Sequence record: KM389296.1
Strand: one strand, 5' to 3'
Length of the DNA: 24,317 bases
DNA from: Escherichia phage CBA6
The number at the start of each line of letters is the position of its first letter. Position 1 is the first letter of the stretch. The notes beneath the pieces were generated by a model that was not told the DNA's origin, searched no databases, and saw only the letters and a program-made list of their open reading frames with translations. The translations under genes were made by a program, and so were the position numbers. This document shows, one piece after another, positions 8,153-16,317 of this stretch.

Positions 8153-8947
8153 TTAACAGAAACTCTTGTATGCCGCCGCTAGTTTGGTGTCATACTGGTT
8201 CTTGGCATATGCTGGACCATTGTACCGACGGGCGAACTCAGCCCAATTTTTGTTCTTCAATGCTTTCCACATATTGGCGTCAGCTTTGATGAATTTCACA
8301 AATGCCAGAAGATGTGCGCGTTCACCAGTCAGAAAATCTGTGAACATTTCTTTGGCGTTCGGATAACCACATATCTGGCAATTGAACCCCATGATCTGGA
8401 ATAAGCCGTAGGACGCACTCTCGTACGCGCAATCCTCATCAAGGGCGATTGCACCCTGAAGGCGTTCCAACTCCGCGTCTCCGCCGATATAGCCACCAGA
8501 ATTGGGGTTAACCAATGTTGGGTAAAGTTGGTACAGAGCATTGGCTCTTGCTTGTCCGAATTTAGCCGCCACTTTCTTATACATGATGTGGCGCTCGAAC
8601 AGAGTTTTGATCTTACCTGTTTTGGTGAAACCCGTTCCCCGAGATTCGACCTGGTTAACAGCTTTCATGCTGGCCAGTTCGACACCAAGTTCACGCGCTG
8701 CGTCAACTAAGTCGGCTTCGGTAAGATGTTCCTGATGAGCGTCTCCGGCATTACGGATAGCATAGAAGGTTTTTGGACCTGCAATACCATCAATCACCAG
8801 TCCGGCACCTGCCTGAACGGATTTGACAGCATTCTCGGTCGCTTTGCCAAATATGCCATCAGCTACAAGAGAGAACCCGATTTTATTGAGGCTTTGCTGA
8901 AGTGATTTGACTTCAGAACCTCGGTTGCCAAGTTTTAGAATGGCCAT
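8153..8947 (-). CDS. Endolysin: N-terminal peptidoglycan-binding domain plus C-terminal muramidase-like catalytic domain
   Basis: N-terminus LKLGNRGSEVKSLQQSLNKIGF...DGIFGKATENAVKSVQ is PG_binding_1-like; C-terminus (FERHIMYKK, GLFQIMGFN, NWAEFARRYNGPAYAKNQYDTKL) recalled as N-acetylmuramidase-type. No signal peptide or TM segment. Confidence 0.75.
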   Translation of the reverse strand: MAILKLGNRGSEVKSLQQSLNKIGFSLVADGIFGKATENAVKSVQAGAGLVIDGIAGPKTFYAIRNAGDAHQEHLTEADLVDAARELGVELASMKAVNQVESRGTGFTKTGKIKTLFERHIMYKKVAAKFGQARANALYQLYPTLVNPNSGGYIGGDAELERLQGAIALDEDCAYESASYGLFQIMGFNCQICGYPNAKEMFTDFLTGERAHLLAFVKFIKADANMWKALKNKNWAEFARRYNGPAYAKNQYDTKLAAAYKSFC

Positions 8948-8951
8948 AAGA

Positions 8952-8982
8952 AAATACCTCCGCAGTGATTGCAGAGGTATTT
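8952..8982 (-). promoter_or_regulatory. 5' leader hairpin sequestering the endolysin Shine-Dalgarno
   Basis: 9-bp outer stem plus 3-bp inner stem; the GGAGGT Shine-Dalgarno (8956-8961) lies in the stem, 8 nt before ATG 8947; a TTTAAATA box (8978-8985) overlaps the 5' arm. Confidence 0.45.
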
Positions 8983-9017
8983 AAAGTGAAAGTGAACTGA
9001 CTTGAGGAACTGTTATG

Positions 9018-9323
9018 TTAGATAGTTGACAAAAGAGTGTTCAGACTAACGATCTGCATTTGAATGCCTCTCTTCAGACTTTCATATGCCTCCACTGGTG
9101 AAGGCACGGAGTTAGATTGCTTATTCCCACCATAAGTCTGAGCCGACCAGCGGCCAGTGTCTTGCCAGTAGAAGAGGACGGCTGTTGACTCTCCGCTATC
9201 AATCATGATCGCCCCTACGCCATCAGGGTGATCTTTGAACAACTGATGCTTCCACTGCTTGCCTGTCTTTTCCTTCAGGAGGTGGCATGTTGCTTCGCCG
9301 ATTTGTTCGAGGGTCAGTTTCAT
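9018..9323 (-). CDS. Hypothetical protein (101 aa)
   Basis: ATG start overlapping the upstream stop (ATGA); no TM segment, so not a holin. Confidence 0.5.
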   Translation of the reverse strand: MKLTLEQIGEATCHLLKEKTGKQWKHQLFKDHPDGVGAIMIDSGESTAVLFYWQDTGRWSAQTYGGNKQSNSVPSPVEAYESLKRGIQMQIVSLNTLLSTI

Positions 9324-9508
9324 CGCGCAACCACCACAGGCATAATTTCGTTGAAGGCTTCACGGACTTCAGTGTCGTACCCGTATTTTTCCAGGATCGT
9401 TAGCATTGCTTGCTCGATTTCTTCTTGAAACTGAGGGAAATGAACTTCAGGGATTCTGGTTATAACCCAGATAGCACCTTCTGAAGCGTGGATAATCGGA
9501 CGTCCCAT
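9320..9508 (-). CDS. Hypothetical protein (62 aa)
   Basis: ATG with AGGAG Shine-Dalgarno; coupled to the downstream gene; no TM segment. Confidence 0.45.
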   Translation of the reverse strand: MGRPIIHASEGAIWVITRIPEVHFPQFQEEIEQAMLTILEKYGYDTEVREAFNEIMPVVVAR

Positions 9509-9537
9509 GATAATCTCCTACCAAAAATCTGAATAAG

Positions 9538-9557
9538 GAGGGGAGTTGCCTCCCCTT
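9538..9557 (-). terminator. Rho-independent terminator after the 162-aa gene
   Basis: Stem GGGGAG / CTCCCC with TTGC loop; on the minus strand followed by TCCTTATTCAGATTTTTGG. Confidence 0.5.
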
Positions 9558-9562
9558 GGGTC

Positions 9563-10051
9563 TTATGCCAGTTTGCTCACCAGAGTTTCAACGGCGTCTG
9601 CGCTCAGTTTACCCATTTTGACATACTGGGATTTTGCTTCACCGCCAGCGGCTTTCACGATATCGCTGTTGTCGTAACCTTTTTTCGGGAATACCATCAC
9701 AGAGAAGGTTCCGTTGTTCAGCGGGTTCAGCTGGATGCGCCCTTTTCCGACAGTGATGGTGCCGTAAGTTTCGGTCGTAGCTTCAACAACGTGGATGTCG
9801 TGTCCAAGGTCTTTCAGCATGCCAACTTTGTCAGCGGTTTTTGCTACGACTGCTTTATCAACCACAACCTGCTCAACCAGGGTGAAGCCGTTGGTCGCTT
9901 TGACTTTGCCGTTCAGCAGGTTCATGAAGGAAGTTTTGCCACCAGTGAAGCCAGCTGCCTGAGCGATGCGGAACATTTCAACTTTTGCAACTTCAGTGTT
10001 CAGTTCAAAAGAGATGGTGCCGTTGGTGATCAGAGTTTTGGTAGTAGCCAT
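9563..10051 (-). CDS. Hypothetical protein (162 aa), likely abundant
   Basis: ATG 10051 preceded by GAGGAATTACATC (conserved leader); the track's 10087 start is GTG. Thr/Gly/Val/Lys-rich; no recognisable motif. Confidence 0.6.
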   Translation of the reverse strand: MATTKTLITNGTISFELNTEVAKVEMFRIAQAAGFTGGKTSFMNLLNGKVKATNGFTLVEQVVVDKAVVAKTADKVGMLKDLGHDIHVVEATTETYGTITVGKGRIQLNPLNNGTFSVMVFPKKGYDNSDIVKAAGGEAKSQYVKMGKLSADAVETLVSKLA

Positions 10052-10201
10052 GATGTAATTCCTCATAATGTAGTTGGTTCGTTTCACTTTTCATTCGGCG
10101 GGGTGTTGTGTACCGCCCTATGTGAACTATAATAGTGCATCATTATTGAAGAGTAAAGTCTTTTTCAATAAAATTTTAAAATATTTTTGAAGTATTTTAA
10201 G

Positions 10202-10222
10202 AGGCCTCATAGAACGAGGCCT
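10202..10222 (-). terminator. Terminator-like hairpin after the primase gene
   Basis: Stem AGGCCTC / GAGGCCT with 7-nt loop, followed on the minus strand by an A/T-rich tract. Confidence 0.45.
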
Positions 10223-10262
10223 GGAGGGAAATATTTTGAGTTAAAAAGTTTTAGGTCAGTTC

Positions 10263-11327
10263 TTATATCTTCCTCAAATCTGAAAACCTCAGGGACGCTG
10301 CCAACCCCTGATACACGTTCTTGGCTATGATCTGAAGCAAATCACGAATAGGGATGTTCCCCTTATCCGGATGGACCATATCGTTGATATCCTTCCATGG
10401 AATTTCTGGTGGGAACAGAACGACTTTGACTCCGCTGTCTATCATTTTCTGTATACCATCACAAACTTGTTTGTTTCGATATTGGTTGTCAGGGATATAG
10501 ATATCCCCCTTGGCGCTCAGAAGGTCAGCATCCGCAGTTGCTAAACAATTCGGGAGGAACAGGCTATCAATTGGACCTTCAACGACCAATTTGGTCTTAT
10601 TCCATATGATGCGCTCTTCCCCATAGATTTTAGTATCCTCGTTTTTGGGCTTGACAGTGGCGTACCGCAACACATTATCAGGAAGGTTATCACCGAATGC
10701 GCGCCCCTGAACGATCTTCATGCGACCGTCTTGAGTCCAGAATGGGATAACCAACCGTTCATCTTCAGGGATCTTCTTCTGTTTTTCAACGTCTGTTTCA
10801 AAATTCAAAAGATCCTCGCGGAAGTTCTTGCTGTAATACAAAAGAGATAACGCGCTCTCCGGCATTCCCCTGCCTTCCACGTAACGACGAGCAATATGGT
10901 CACGATCAAGTAAATCTAATCGTATCATGTTGCCGAGGTGCTCTTCATCTCTTTTGGCAACTTGGGAGCCGATACGCGCTGTTTGGGTGAGGCGCTGTAA
11001 TGGCTTGAGTTTTTGTAGGGGGCGTGAATTGGTGTCCCCCATGATTCTGAATTTTTCAAGATTATATTCGTTGTACAATCTCTCATCAAACTTCTTCAAC
11101 CAAAACTCAAACGACCAACCACTCATCTCGTTGCAGTTGTGACACTTAAAACGAAACACATCTTCATCGCGATCATAAAAGAAGTGACCACGACGTTTGT
11201 TGGCACTCTTCTTAGAGTCCCCGCATAGAGGGCAACGGAACTTGGCGACAGCGCCTACGCGTTCCCAGCTGAACTTGTCAAGTCGAGGGGCGAGGAAATT
11301 GATGTATTGTTCGTCTAAGAATTTCAT
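10263..11327 (-). CDS. DNA primase (T4 gp61-like)
   Basis: N-terminal zinc ribbon (FRCPLCGDSKKS ... FKCHNCNE) and TOPRIM-like acidic core (VVEGPIDSLF, ATADADLL); size matches T4 gp61. Confidence 0.85.
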   Translation of the reverse strand: MKFLDEQYINFLAPRLDKFSWERVGAVAKFRCPLCGDSKKSANKRRGHFFYDRDEDVFRFKCHNCNEMSGWSFEFWLKKFDERLYNEYNLEKFRIMGDTNSRPLQKLKPLQRLTQTARIGSQVAKRDEEHLGNMIRLDLLDRDHIARRYVEGRGMPESALSLLYYSKNFREDLLNFETDVEKQKKIPEDERLVIPFWTQDGRMKIVQGRAFGDNLPDNVLRYATVKPKNEDTKIYGEERIIWNKTKLVVEGPIDSLFLPNCLATADADLLSAKGDIYIPDNQYRNKQVCDGIQKMIDSGVKVVLFPPEIPWKDINDMVHPDKGNIPIRDLLQIIAKNVYQGLAASLRFSDLRKI

Positions 11328-11944
11328 CAGATATTTGGCCTTTGGAATACTTCTGTCACATTATAATTTACACCGCGACTTTGAGCTATGCAAAGCTGTC
11401 TCCATGCACCATATAGAATATTCTGCTCTGCGACTTGATTTCGTTCAAAGTGGGCGAATTCTTCCAACATCTGCTTGTATCCTAACAGATAGGGGGGAAT
11501 ATCTGTCGACCGCTTTTTGTCTAATGCTGTAGACAAATATTTTGCATAATGTTCCGGAGAAGACAAAGAAGAGTATTGCATATTCGGAACGTGAACGGGC
11601 TTCAATGATTTCCGAGGAGTGAAATATAATAATCCCCACTTTGGTGGGAGATCTTCAACTTTGATCACATCAGCGGGACAAACATAAAATCGGTATGCCC
11701 CCATTCCTGTTGAAGGATCCATTCTGTGCGGTTTCTTTTTATCGGTTAGGAAATCAGAACGAGAAACTTTCACTTCCATGAGGATAGAGCAACCGCCAGG
11801 CCTGAAACCGATGGCGTCTGGGGACTCACGATTATCAAAAGAATTTGGTTCTACAAACACAGCGCCACAGTTCATTTGCTTGTGAAGATATTTTGCTGCG
11901 ATTTGACAACCTTCTGAATGTGAAGGGATGAATATTTTGCCCAT
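11327..11944 (-). CDS. Putative PD-(D/E)XK-fold nuclease-like protein (205 aa), translationally coupled to primase
   Basis: Stop TGA overlaps the primase ATG (TGATG); motif PDAIGF...ILMEVKVSRSDF has the D...E-x-K pattern. Fold assignment is tentative. Confidence 0.5.
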   Translation of the reverse strand: MGKIFIPSHSEGCQIAAKYLHKQMNCGAVFVEPNSFDNRESPDAIGFRPGGCSILMEVKVSRSDFLTDKKKPHRMDPSTGMGAYRFYVCPADVIKVEDLPPKWGLLYFTPRKSLKPVHVPNMQYSSLSSPEHYAKYLSTALDKKRSTDIPPYLLGYKQMLEEFAHFERNQVAEQNILYGAWRQLCIAQSRGVNYNVTEVFQRPNI

Positions 11945-12006
11945 TGTTATCTGTATCCTATTGATGACGAATGGGCAAATTATAACCTGAAGGATGTTCT
12001 ATTGAG

Positions 12007-12360
12007 TTAAGACAATTGCTTCAGTTTGTAGATGGTCTGATAGCACAGGGTTTTGATTTCATCGAGCGTATTTTGAAGATGGCTGTCACATTGACCGTAA
12101 ATTCCGTTTACGTCGATAACAACGCTATTGACATACGATATAGGATCTGGGTTGTACAGTTTAATATTCTCAAACCCTGGGACATATACACCACCCGCGC
12201 CGATATATGCCTCTGTAAAGGTATCCAGCAAGTCCTCCAGTTCCCCGTAGAACTCCCCGAGTGCCTTGTGCTTGGCATAGGACGTTGTAACGAAGTGGAG
12301 GGCATGAGAGTGGGCTATAGCAAGCAGTCCACGGTTGATGAAAATACTCGCGTTAACCAT
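12007..12360 (-). CDS. Hypothetical protein (117 aa)
   Basis: ATG with GAGGAAACAATC Shine-Dalgarno; preceded by a terminator hairpin. Confidence 0.55.
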   Translation of the reverse strand: MVNASIFINRGLLAIAHSHALHFVTTSYAKHKALGEFYGELEDLLDTFTEAYIGAGGVYVPGFENIKLYNPDPISYVNSVVIDVNGIYGQCDSHLQNTLDEIKTLCYQTIYKLKQLS

Positions 12361-12382
12361 GATTGTTTCCTCAGAAAAAGAA

Positions 12383-12404
12383 ATCCCCCTGTATTTAGGG
12401 GGAT
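12383..12404 (-). terminator. Rho-independent terminator after the 190-aa gene
   Basis: Stem ATCCCCCT / AGGGGGAT with 6-nt loop; on the minus strand followed by TTCTTTTTCTG. Confidence 0.6.
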
Positions 12405-12420
12405 CTTCATTTCACCACGA

Positions 12421-12993
12421 TTAAATCGGTTTCACTCCGATGTACTTGGCGATATCCGCGGCCAGGGTTTTCCCCTTACTGATATCTTGTTGCTTGCCAC
12501 CAACAGTAACGATCACATATGGGTCATCTTCACCGCCGAAGTCGATTGCCACGGCCTTGCCAATACCAGGGATGCCGGAATATTCATATTCAGTGCGACC
12601 GCTTTTGCGAGACTTGCCGACACCCAGCGCTTTACCGATCATCTTATCCATGTTCGCTAGTTCTTGAGCATAGGATTCTGTGACCTGGCCTTTGCTGGCG
12701 TCTTTACCAAAGAAGAATTCGTATCCGTCATGAACGGCAACAACATCTTTGCCCACAGAAACCGCATGAACCTGGTCCGGCGTCAGTTTCACTTTAGTAG
12801 TATTACCATTAGTCAATTCCAGATTATAGACATCGGCCTGATTATCAGGAGTGATCTGGGTCACGGTAGCGCCGGAGCACCATTGTGTTCCATCGGCTTG
12901 TTTAGTGATGGTTACACTTTTGCCTTGTATACCGCCATGAGTTTGCGGCTGCTGGGCTTGTTCTTTAAAATATTCGATAAACGGTTTCATCAT
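12421..12993 (-). CDS. Hypothetical protein (190 aa)
   Basis: ATG with AGGAG Shine-Dalgarno; flanked by hairpins at both ends; Gly/Lys-rich; no recognisable motif. Confidence 0.6.
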   Translation of the reverse strand: MMKPFIEYFKEQAQQPQTHGGIQGKSVTITKQADGTQWCSGATVTQITPDNQADVYNLELTNGNTTKVKLTPDQVHAVSVGKDVVAVHDGYEFFFGKDASKGQVTESYAQELANMDKMIGKALGVGKSRKSGRTEYEYSGIPGIGKAVAIDFGGEDDPYVIVTVGGKQQDISKGKTLAADIAKYIGVKPI

Positions 12994-13019
12994 GGATCTC
13001 CTAAGGATTTTGATGTATT

Positions 13020-13037
13020 TAGCCCCCGAAGGGGCTA
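13020..13037. terminator. Stable hairpin (CGAA/UUCG tetraloop) between the 906-aa and 190-aa genes
   Basis: Stem TAGCCCC / GGGGCTA; the T-tract (TGGTTTATTT) is on the plus side and is weaker on the minus side, so terminator versus processing site is unresolved. Confidence 0.45.
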
Positions 13038-13041
13038 TGGT

Positions 13042-15762
13042 TTATTTCAGACGGATCTGGAGATTACCACCCAGTGATTGTTCATATTCACTGTAAGCAC
13101 TGTCACCATTGCTCATAGCCCATTCGTCCGACTGACGGGCGCTATCCAAAGTCATGAGATTCGGTTCGGTCGGGTTGTATCCCTTCGCCTTCGCATCGTT
13201 GTATACCGTTTGCAGGTACTGGTTGGCACGGTTAATCTGATCTTTGAACTCACGATATGCACCTTCGGTTGTGTTGCGACGGAAGGTGATACTCCAATCG
13301 ACGTTAAGAACTGCGCCGCTATTGGTCACGTATACCTGCCAATCAAGATCTCGTCCGTTGGGAGCACTGTTGCGGATGGAATCGGAATATGTGGCCAGAT
13401 CGCTGCTGTTCTTGCCCCCAGCAGCTTGGTCTTTGGCGCGAGCCAGGGCATCAATGACTGCAGTGCGGTTTCTAGACTGCGCCAGATCTTTGTCTTGGAA
13501 CATAATTGCACCAAACTTACTGACGGTGATATCATTCAGAAACAGCTTGTTCGGGTTATAGTTTGATGAACTGAGATGGCTCAATTGAGCCGCAGCGTCT
13601 TTCAGGCGTTGTGAAGTCTCATTCAACGCATCTTGCACAGACTTGACAGATAACTGAATGTCATATCCGCTGCTGTTGACTACATTTCGGCCATTTTCGG
13701 TCAGCATGGTCGTGATGTTGGCCTTATTACGATCGAAGTCGTAAGTCACGTTCGTAACGAACCGTGCGGCTTGCAGCTGGCTACCCGCAGGGAACTGGAA
13801 GTCCCAAGCCACAGAGAACCCATGAACGGTTTCACCAAATATCTTCGCATTGCTTGGGGCTTTCAGGTTCGCAGTGATGACAGCGTTATCACTGGAATTT
13901 GTGTTGATTTCGCCGAAGATAGTCTTCCCATCAGAAGACTGGACCATCAGAGTATCTTTGCTGCGCCAGTCATAACGAACAATAAACGTCGTTCGAGGGA
14001 ACTCTTTTATCAGATCGAGTTTGACTGCCTTACCCAGAGTAAAACGATTTAACAATGCATCGGCGATCTTCAAAGTAAACGAAATACAATCGACATAAGA
14101 ATAACCCTGGGAACGGGAAACCTTTTGAATCGGGTATGGGGCACCGTTGATCGGAACAACACGACATTCCACTTCACCTTTGAACTGAGAATCAGCAGCG
14201 CGGGATATCGCACTGACGATTTCAAAAGCAGCGTTTTTCACGTCGCCTTCCAGCAGCAGCTGTTCATTGCCAGATAAATCAGAAACCACTTCTACAGAGA
14301 GTTTGCTGTTGACAATCCCCCAAAAATAGACTTGAATATCCAACCCGCCAGAAGTTCGATATTTGCCAGCACCAACCCGAGACAATTTTTCACCAGCATA
14401 CATGCCGACTTGCTGAGGAGCATATGTATCAACGATGCCCAAGATGCGGGCGATATAACCCTGGTTGCGCAGATCATCCATAGAACCGGTTTTTGGAAGA
14501 GTTTTCATGTCGACGGGAGCAGTAGCCCCTATTCCAAACTCGACGTATGCCACGATCTTCCCACCAGACTTCAGTTCCCAGCCCATTCCCTGACGGTCTG
14601 AAGCCGCCATGATTTTGCGATCCACTTCTCCACGCCCGACATATTCTTTGTTGAATACCGTCACTTGTGCGATAGACTGAGTGCGGGCAATCTTCGCCAT
14701 CGCGCCATCTTTGACCATGATAGCCAGGTCATTGGAACTCAGGGTCACGTCGTTCGCGCCGACCACCTTCACAACAGAACTGAAGATGCCGTTGGACTTT
14801 GCCATAACGGAGATGTTCCAGTCCGGATTTATGGAAGACGGTGCATCAGCATCAACGTCAACAGTCAAAACCACTTGCCCACCTTTCTTGAACACATACT
14901 GATCATAGATGCCTTTATTTTGTTTTGTCATGACAGCGCCGACCAGATCCTGGTTAGTGAATCCCCGCTTCATGCTCCATGCCACTTCGGTGCCGTCCGG
15001 ATATTTGTCGAAATCATACCCAAAGAACTTCGCCACTTCACGTGAGCCACTGACCAGCTGCACGTAATTTCCGCGAATTGGGTCACGGCCATTTTTCAGT
15101 TCAAGACTAGTGTCAGAACTGTTATACCATTGGCGGTTTACTTCAATCTCGGTGCTGGAGCCAGTCCCAACATCAGGGGTGTTGTTCTGAACCGGAACGT
15201 CTCCGACTTTGTCTGGATCGTCCCAAGTCACGCCTTTCATTTTCGGACCATCAAATACCTGAGCAGGATCCTTGCCTTTACGCACAACCCATACGAAGGC
15301 ACGGTCAGGGATTGGGGTATAAGTCAGATCCATGACGTTGAGTTTCTGCTTCAGACCAGATTGACGAATAATTTTTGGGAGTAACGTCGTTCCGCGTTCT
15401 AGAGCTTTCTTGGAGAAGTTAATCGCAAACCCATCAATGGTTTTACCCAGCGGTGTCGCCATGAATTGTTTAGTCGCTTCGATCATGGATGCGATGACAC
15501 GCATTGGGTTTTTGAAACGACCGATTGCGTCTGGATAGGTTGAACCACGTTTCTGGCCTATGAAGACCTGACGAACGTTCTTGCCCAGCCCCTGCGGGGT
15601 ATAAAATTGGATGCGGAATTCTTTTTCATCTTCGTCTACGAACGTGAAGAAAATGTCACCAGCATTTTTCTTGCCGAAAGTCAATTCGTATGGAGCGGAG
15701 TTAAACGCTTCGTCCAATTGTTTGGACTCGTCAAGGAAATTTAAGAAAGATTGGATGGCCAT
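13042..15762 (-). CDS. Large hypothetical protein (906 aa), function unknown
   Basis: Uninterrupted 2.7-kb ORF with ATG and AGGAG Shine-Dalgarno (AGGAGAATTACAATG); bracketed by hairpins; no catalytic motif recognised. Confidence 0.8.
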   Translation of the reverse strand: MAIQSFLNFLDESKQLDEAFNSAPYELTFGKKNAGDIFFTFVDEDEKEFRIQFYTPQGLGKNVRQVFIGQKRGSTYPDAIGRFKNPMRVIASMIEATKQFMATPLGKTIDGFAINFSKKALERGTTLLPKIIRQSGLKQKLNVMDLTYTPIPDRAFVWVVRKGKDPAQVFDGPKMKGVTWDDPDKVGDVPVQNNTPDVGTGSSTEIEVNRQWYNSSDTSLELKNGRDPIRGNYVQLVSGSREVAKFFGYDFDKYPDGTEVAWSMKRGFTNQDLVGAVMTKQNKGIYDQYVFKKGGQVVLTVDVDADAPSSINPDWNISVMAKSNGIFSSVVKVVGANDVTLSSNDLAIMVKDGAMAKIARTQSIAQVTVFNKEYVGRGEVDRKIMAASDRQGMGWELKSGGKIVAYVEFGIGATAPVDMKTLPKTGSMDDLRNQGYIARILGIVDTYAPQQVGMYAGEKLSRVGAGKYRTSGGLDIQVYFWGIVNSKLSVEVVSDLSGNEQLLLEGDVKNAAFEIVSAISRAADSQFKGEVECRVVPINGAPYPIQKVSRSQGYSYVDCISFTLKIADALLNRFTLGKAVKLDLIKEFPRTTFIVRYDWRSKDTLMVQSSDGKTIFGEINTNSSDNAVITANLKAPSNAKIFGETVHGFSVAWDFQFPAGSQLQAARFVTNVTYDFDRNKANITTMLTENGRNVVNSSGYDIQLSVKSVQDALNETSQRLKDAAAQLSHLSSSNYNPNKLFLNDITVSKFGAIMFQDKDLAQSRNRTAVIDALARAKDQAAGGKNSSDLATYSDSIRNSAPNGRDLDWQVYVTNSGAVLNVDWSITFRRNTTEGAYREFKDQINRANQYLQTVYNDAKAKGYNPTEPNLMTLDSARQSDEWAMSNGDSAYSEYEQSLGGNLQIRLK

Positions 15763-15816
15763 TGTAATTCTCCTGATAATAAATCGGTGCGGTTTTCCTT
15801 AATTAGCGAAAAGAAA

Positions 15817-15832
15817 GGGGCATCAAGCCCCC
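15817..15832 (-). terminator. Rho-independent terminator after the 122-aa gene
   Basis: Stem GGGGC / GCCCC with ATCAA loop; on the minus strand followed by TTTCTTTTCGC. Confidence 0.55.
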
Positions 15833-15843
15833 GCATATTCGTA

Positions 15844-16212
15844 TTATAACCCTTCAATCCTTACGTTGACATATTTTGTTTCGTAATTCGGGTCACGGCC
15901 TTCAGAGTAGTCATATGTCTGAATGGTCTGTACGCACAGAGTTATTTTGAATTTGGCAATCTTCATAACCGCGATGCCAAAGTCAACCAGGTCATCCTTT
16001 TTATCTAGCACCAGGCCTTTAGTGCCGAGTTCACGTAATAAGTCTTTAAACAAGCGCTTGGACGGGTTGCTGATATCGAGCGGACCAGTTTTACACAGGG
16101 GAAACCCCTTGATGATTTTGTTGCTACGGTCACGCGCGATTTTATTGTTCCCACGACGAATATTCTTGTACCCAGCAACGTTTAGAATGTTGTTCAATTC
16201 AGTTTTGGTCAT
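15844..16212 (-). CDS. Hypothetical protein (122 aa)
   Basis: ATG 16212 preceded by the conserved leader AGCAGGAACTACATC; the track's 16233 start is TTG. Basic, Lys-rich. Confidence 0.6.
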   Translation of the reverse strand: MTKTELNNILNVAGYKNIRRGNNKIARDRSNKIIKGFPLCKTGPLDISNPSKRLFKDLLRELGTKGLVLDKKDDLVDFGIAVMKIAKFKITLCVQTIQTYDYSEGRDPNYETKYVNVRIEGL

Positions 16213-16285
16213 GATGTAGTTCCTGCTTTTCAAGTTGGTGTCGTACTGCTTATGTTTAGAATTATACGGTAGTTATTGAAGAAGT

Positions 16286-16309
16286 AAAGGGGCGTTTGCC
16301 CCTTTTATT
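16286..16309. terminator. Bidirectional rho-independent terminator
   Basis: AAAGGGGC / GCCCCTTT stem with GTTT loop; TTTTATT on the plus side and TTTACTTCTTC on the minus side. Confidence 0.65.
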
Positions 16310-16317
16310 GAATTATT

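Noticed and set aside
12016-12660. 214-aa plus-strand ORF
   Set aside because: It is antisense to two minus-strand genes that have strong Shine-Dalgarno sequences and terminators, has no ribosome-binding site, and lies in a region transcribed entirely on the minus strand; likely a chance open frame.
13078-15384. Multiple plus-strand ORFs (up to 162 aa) opposite the 906-aa gene
   Set aside because: Antisense to a long ORF with a proper start context; none has a Shine-Dalgarno.
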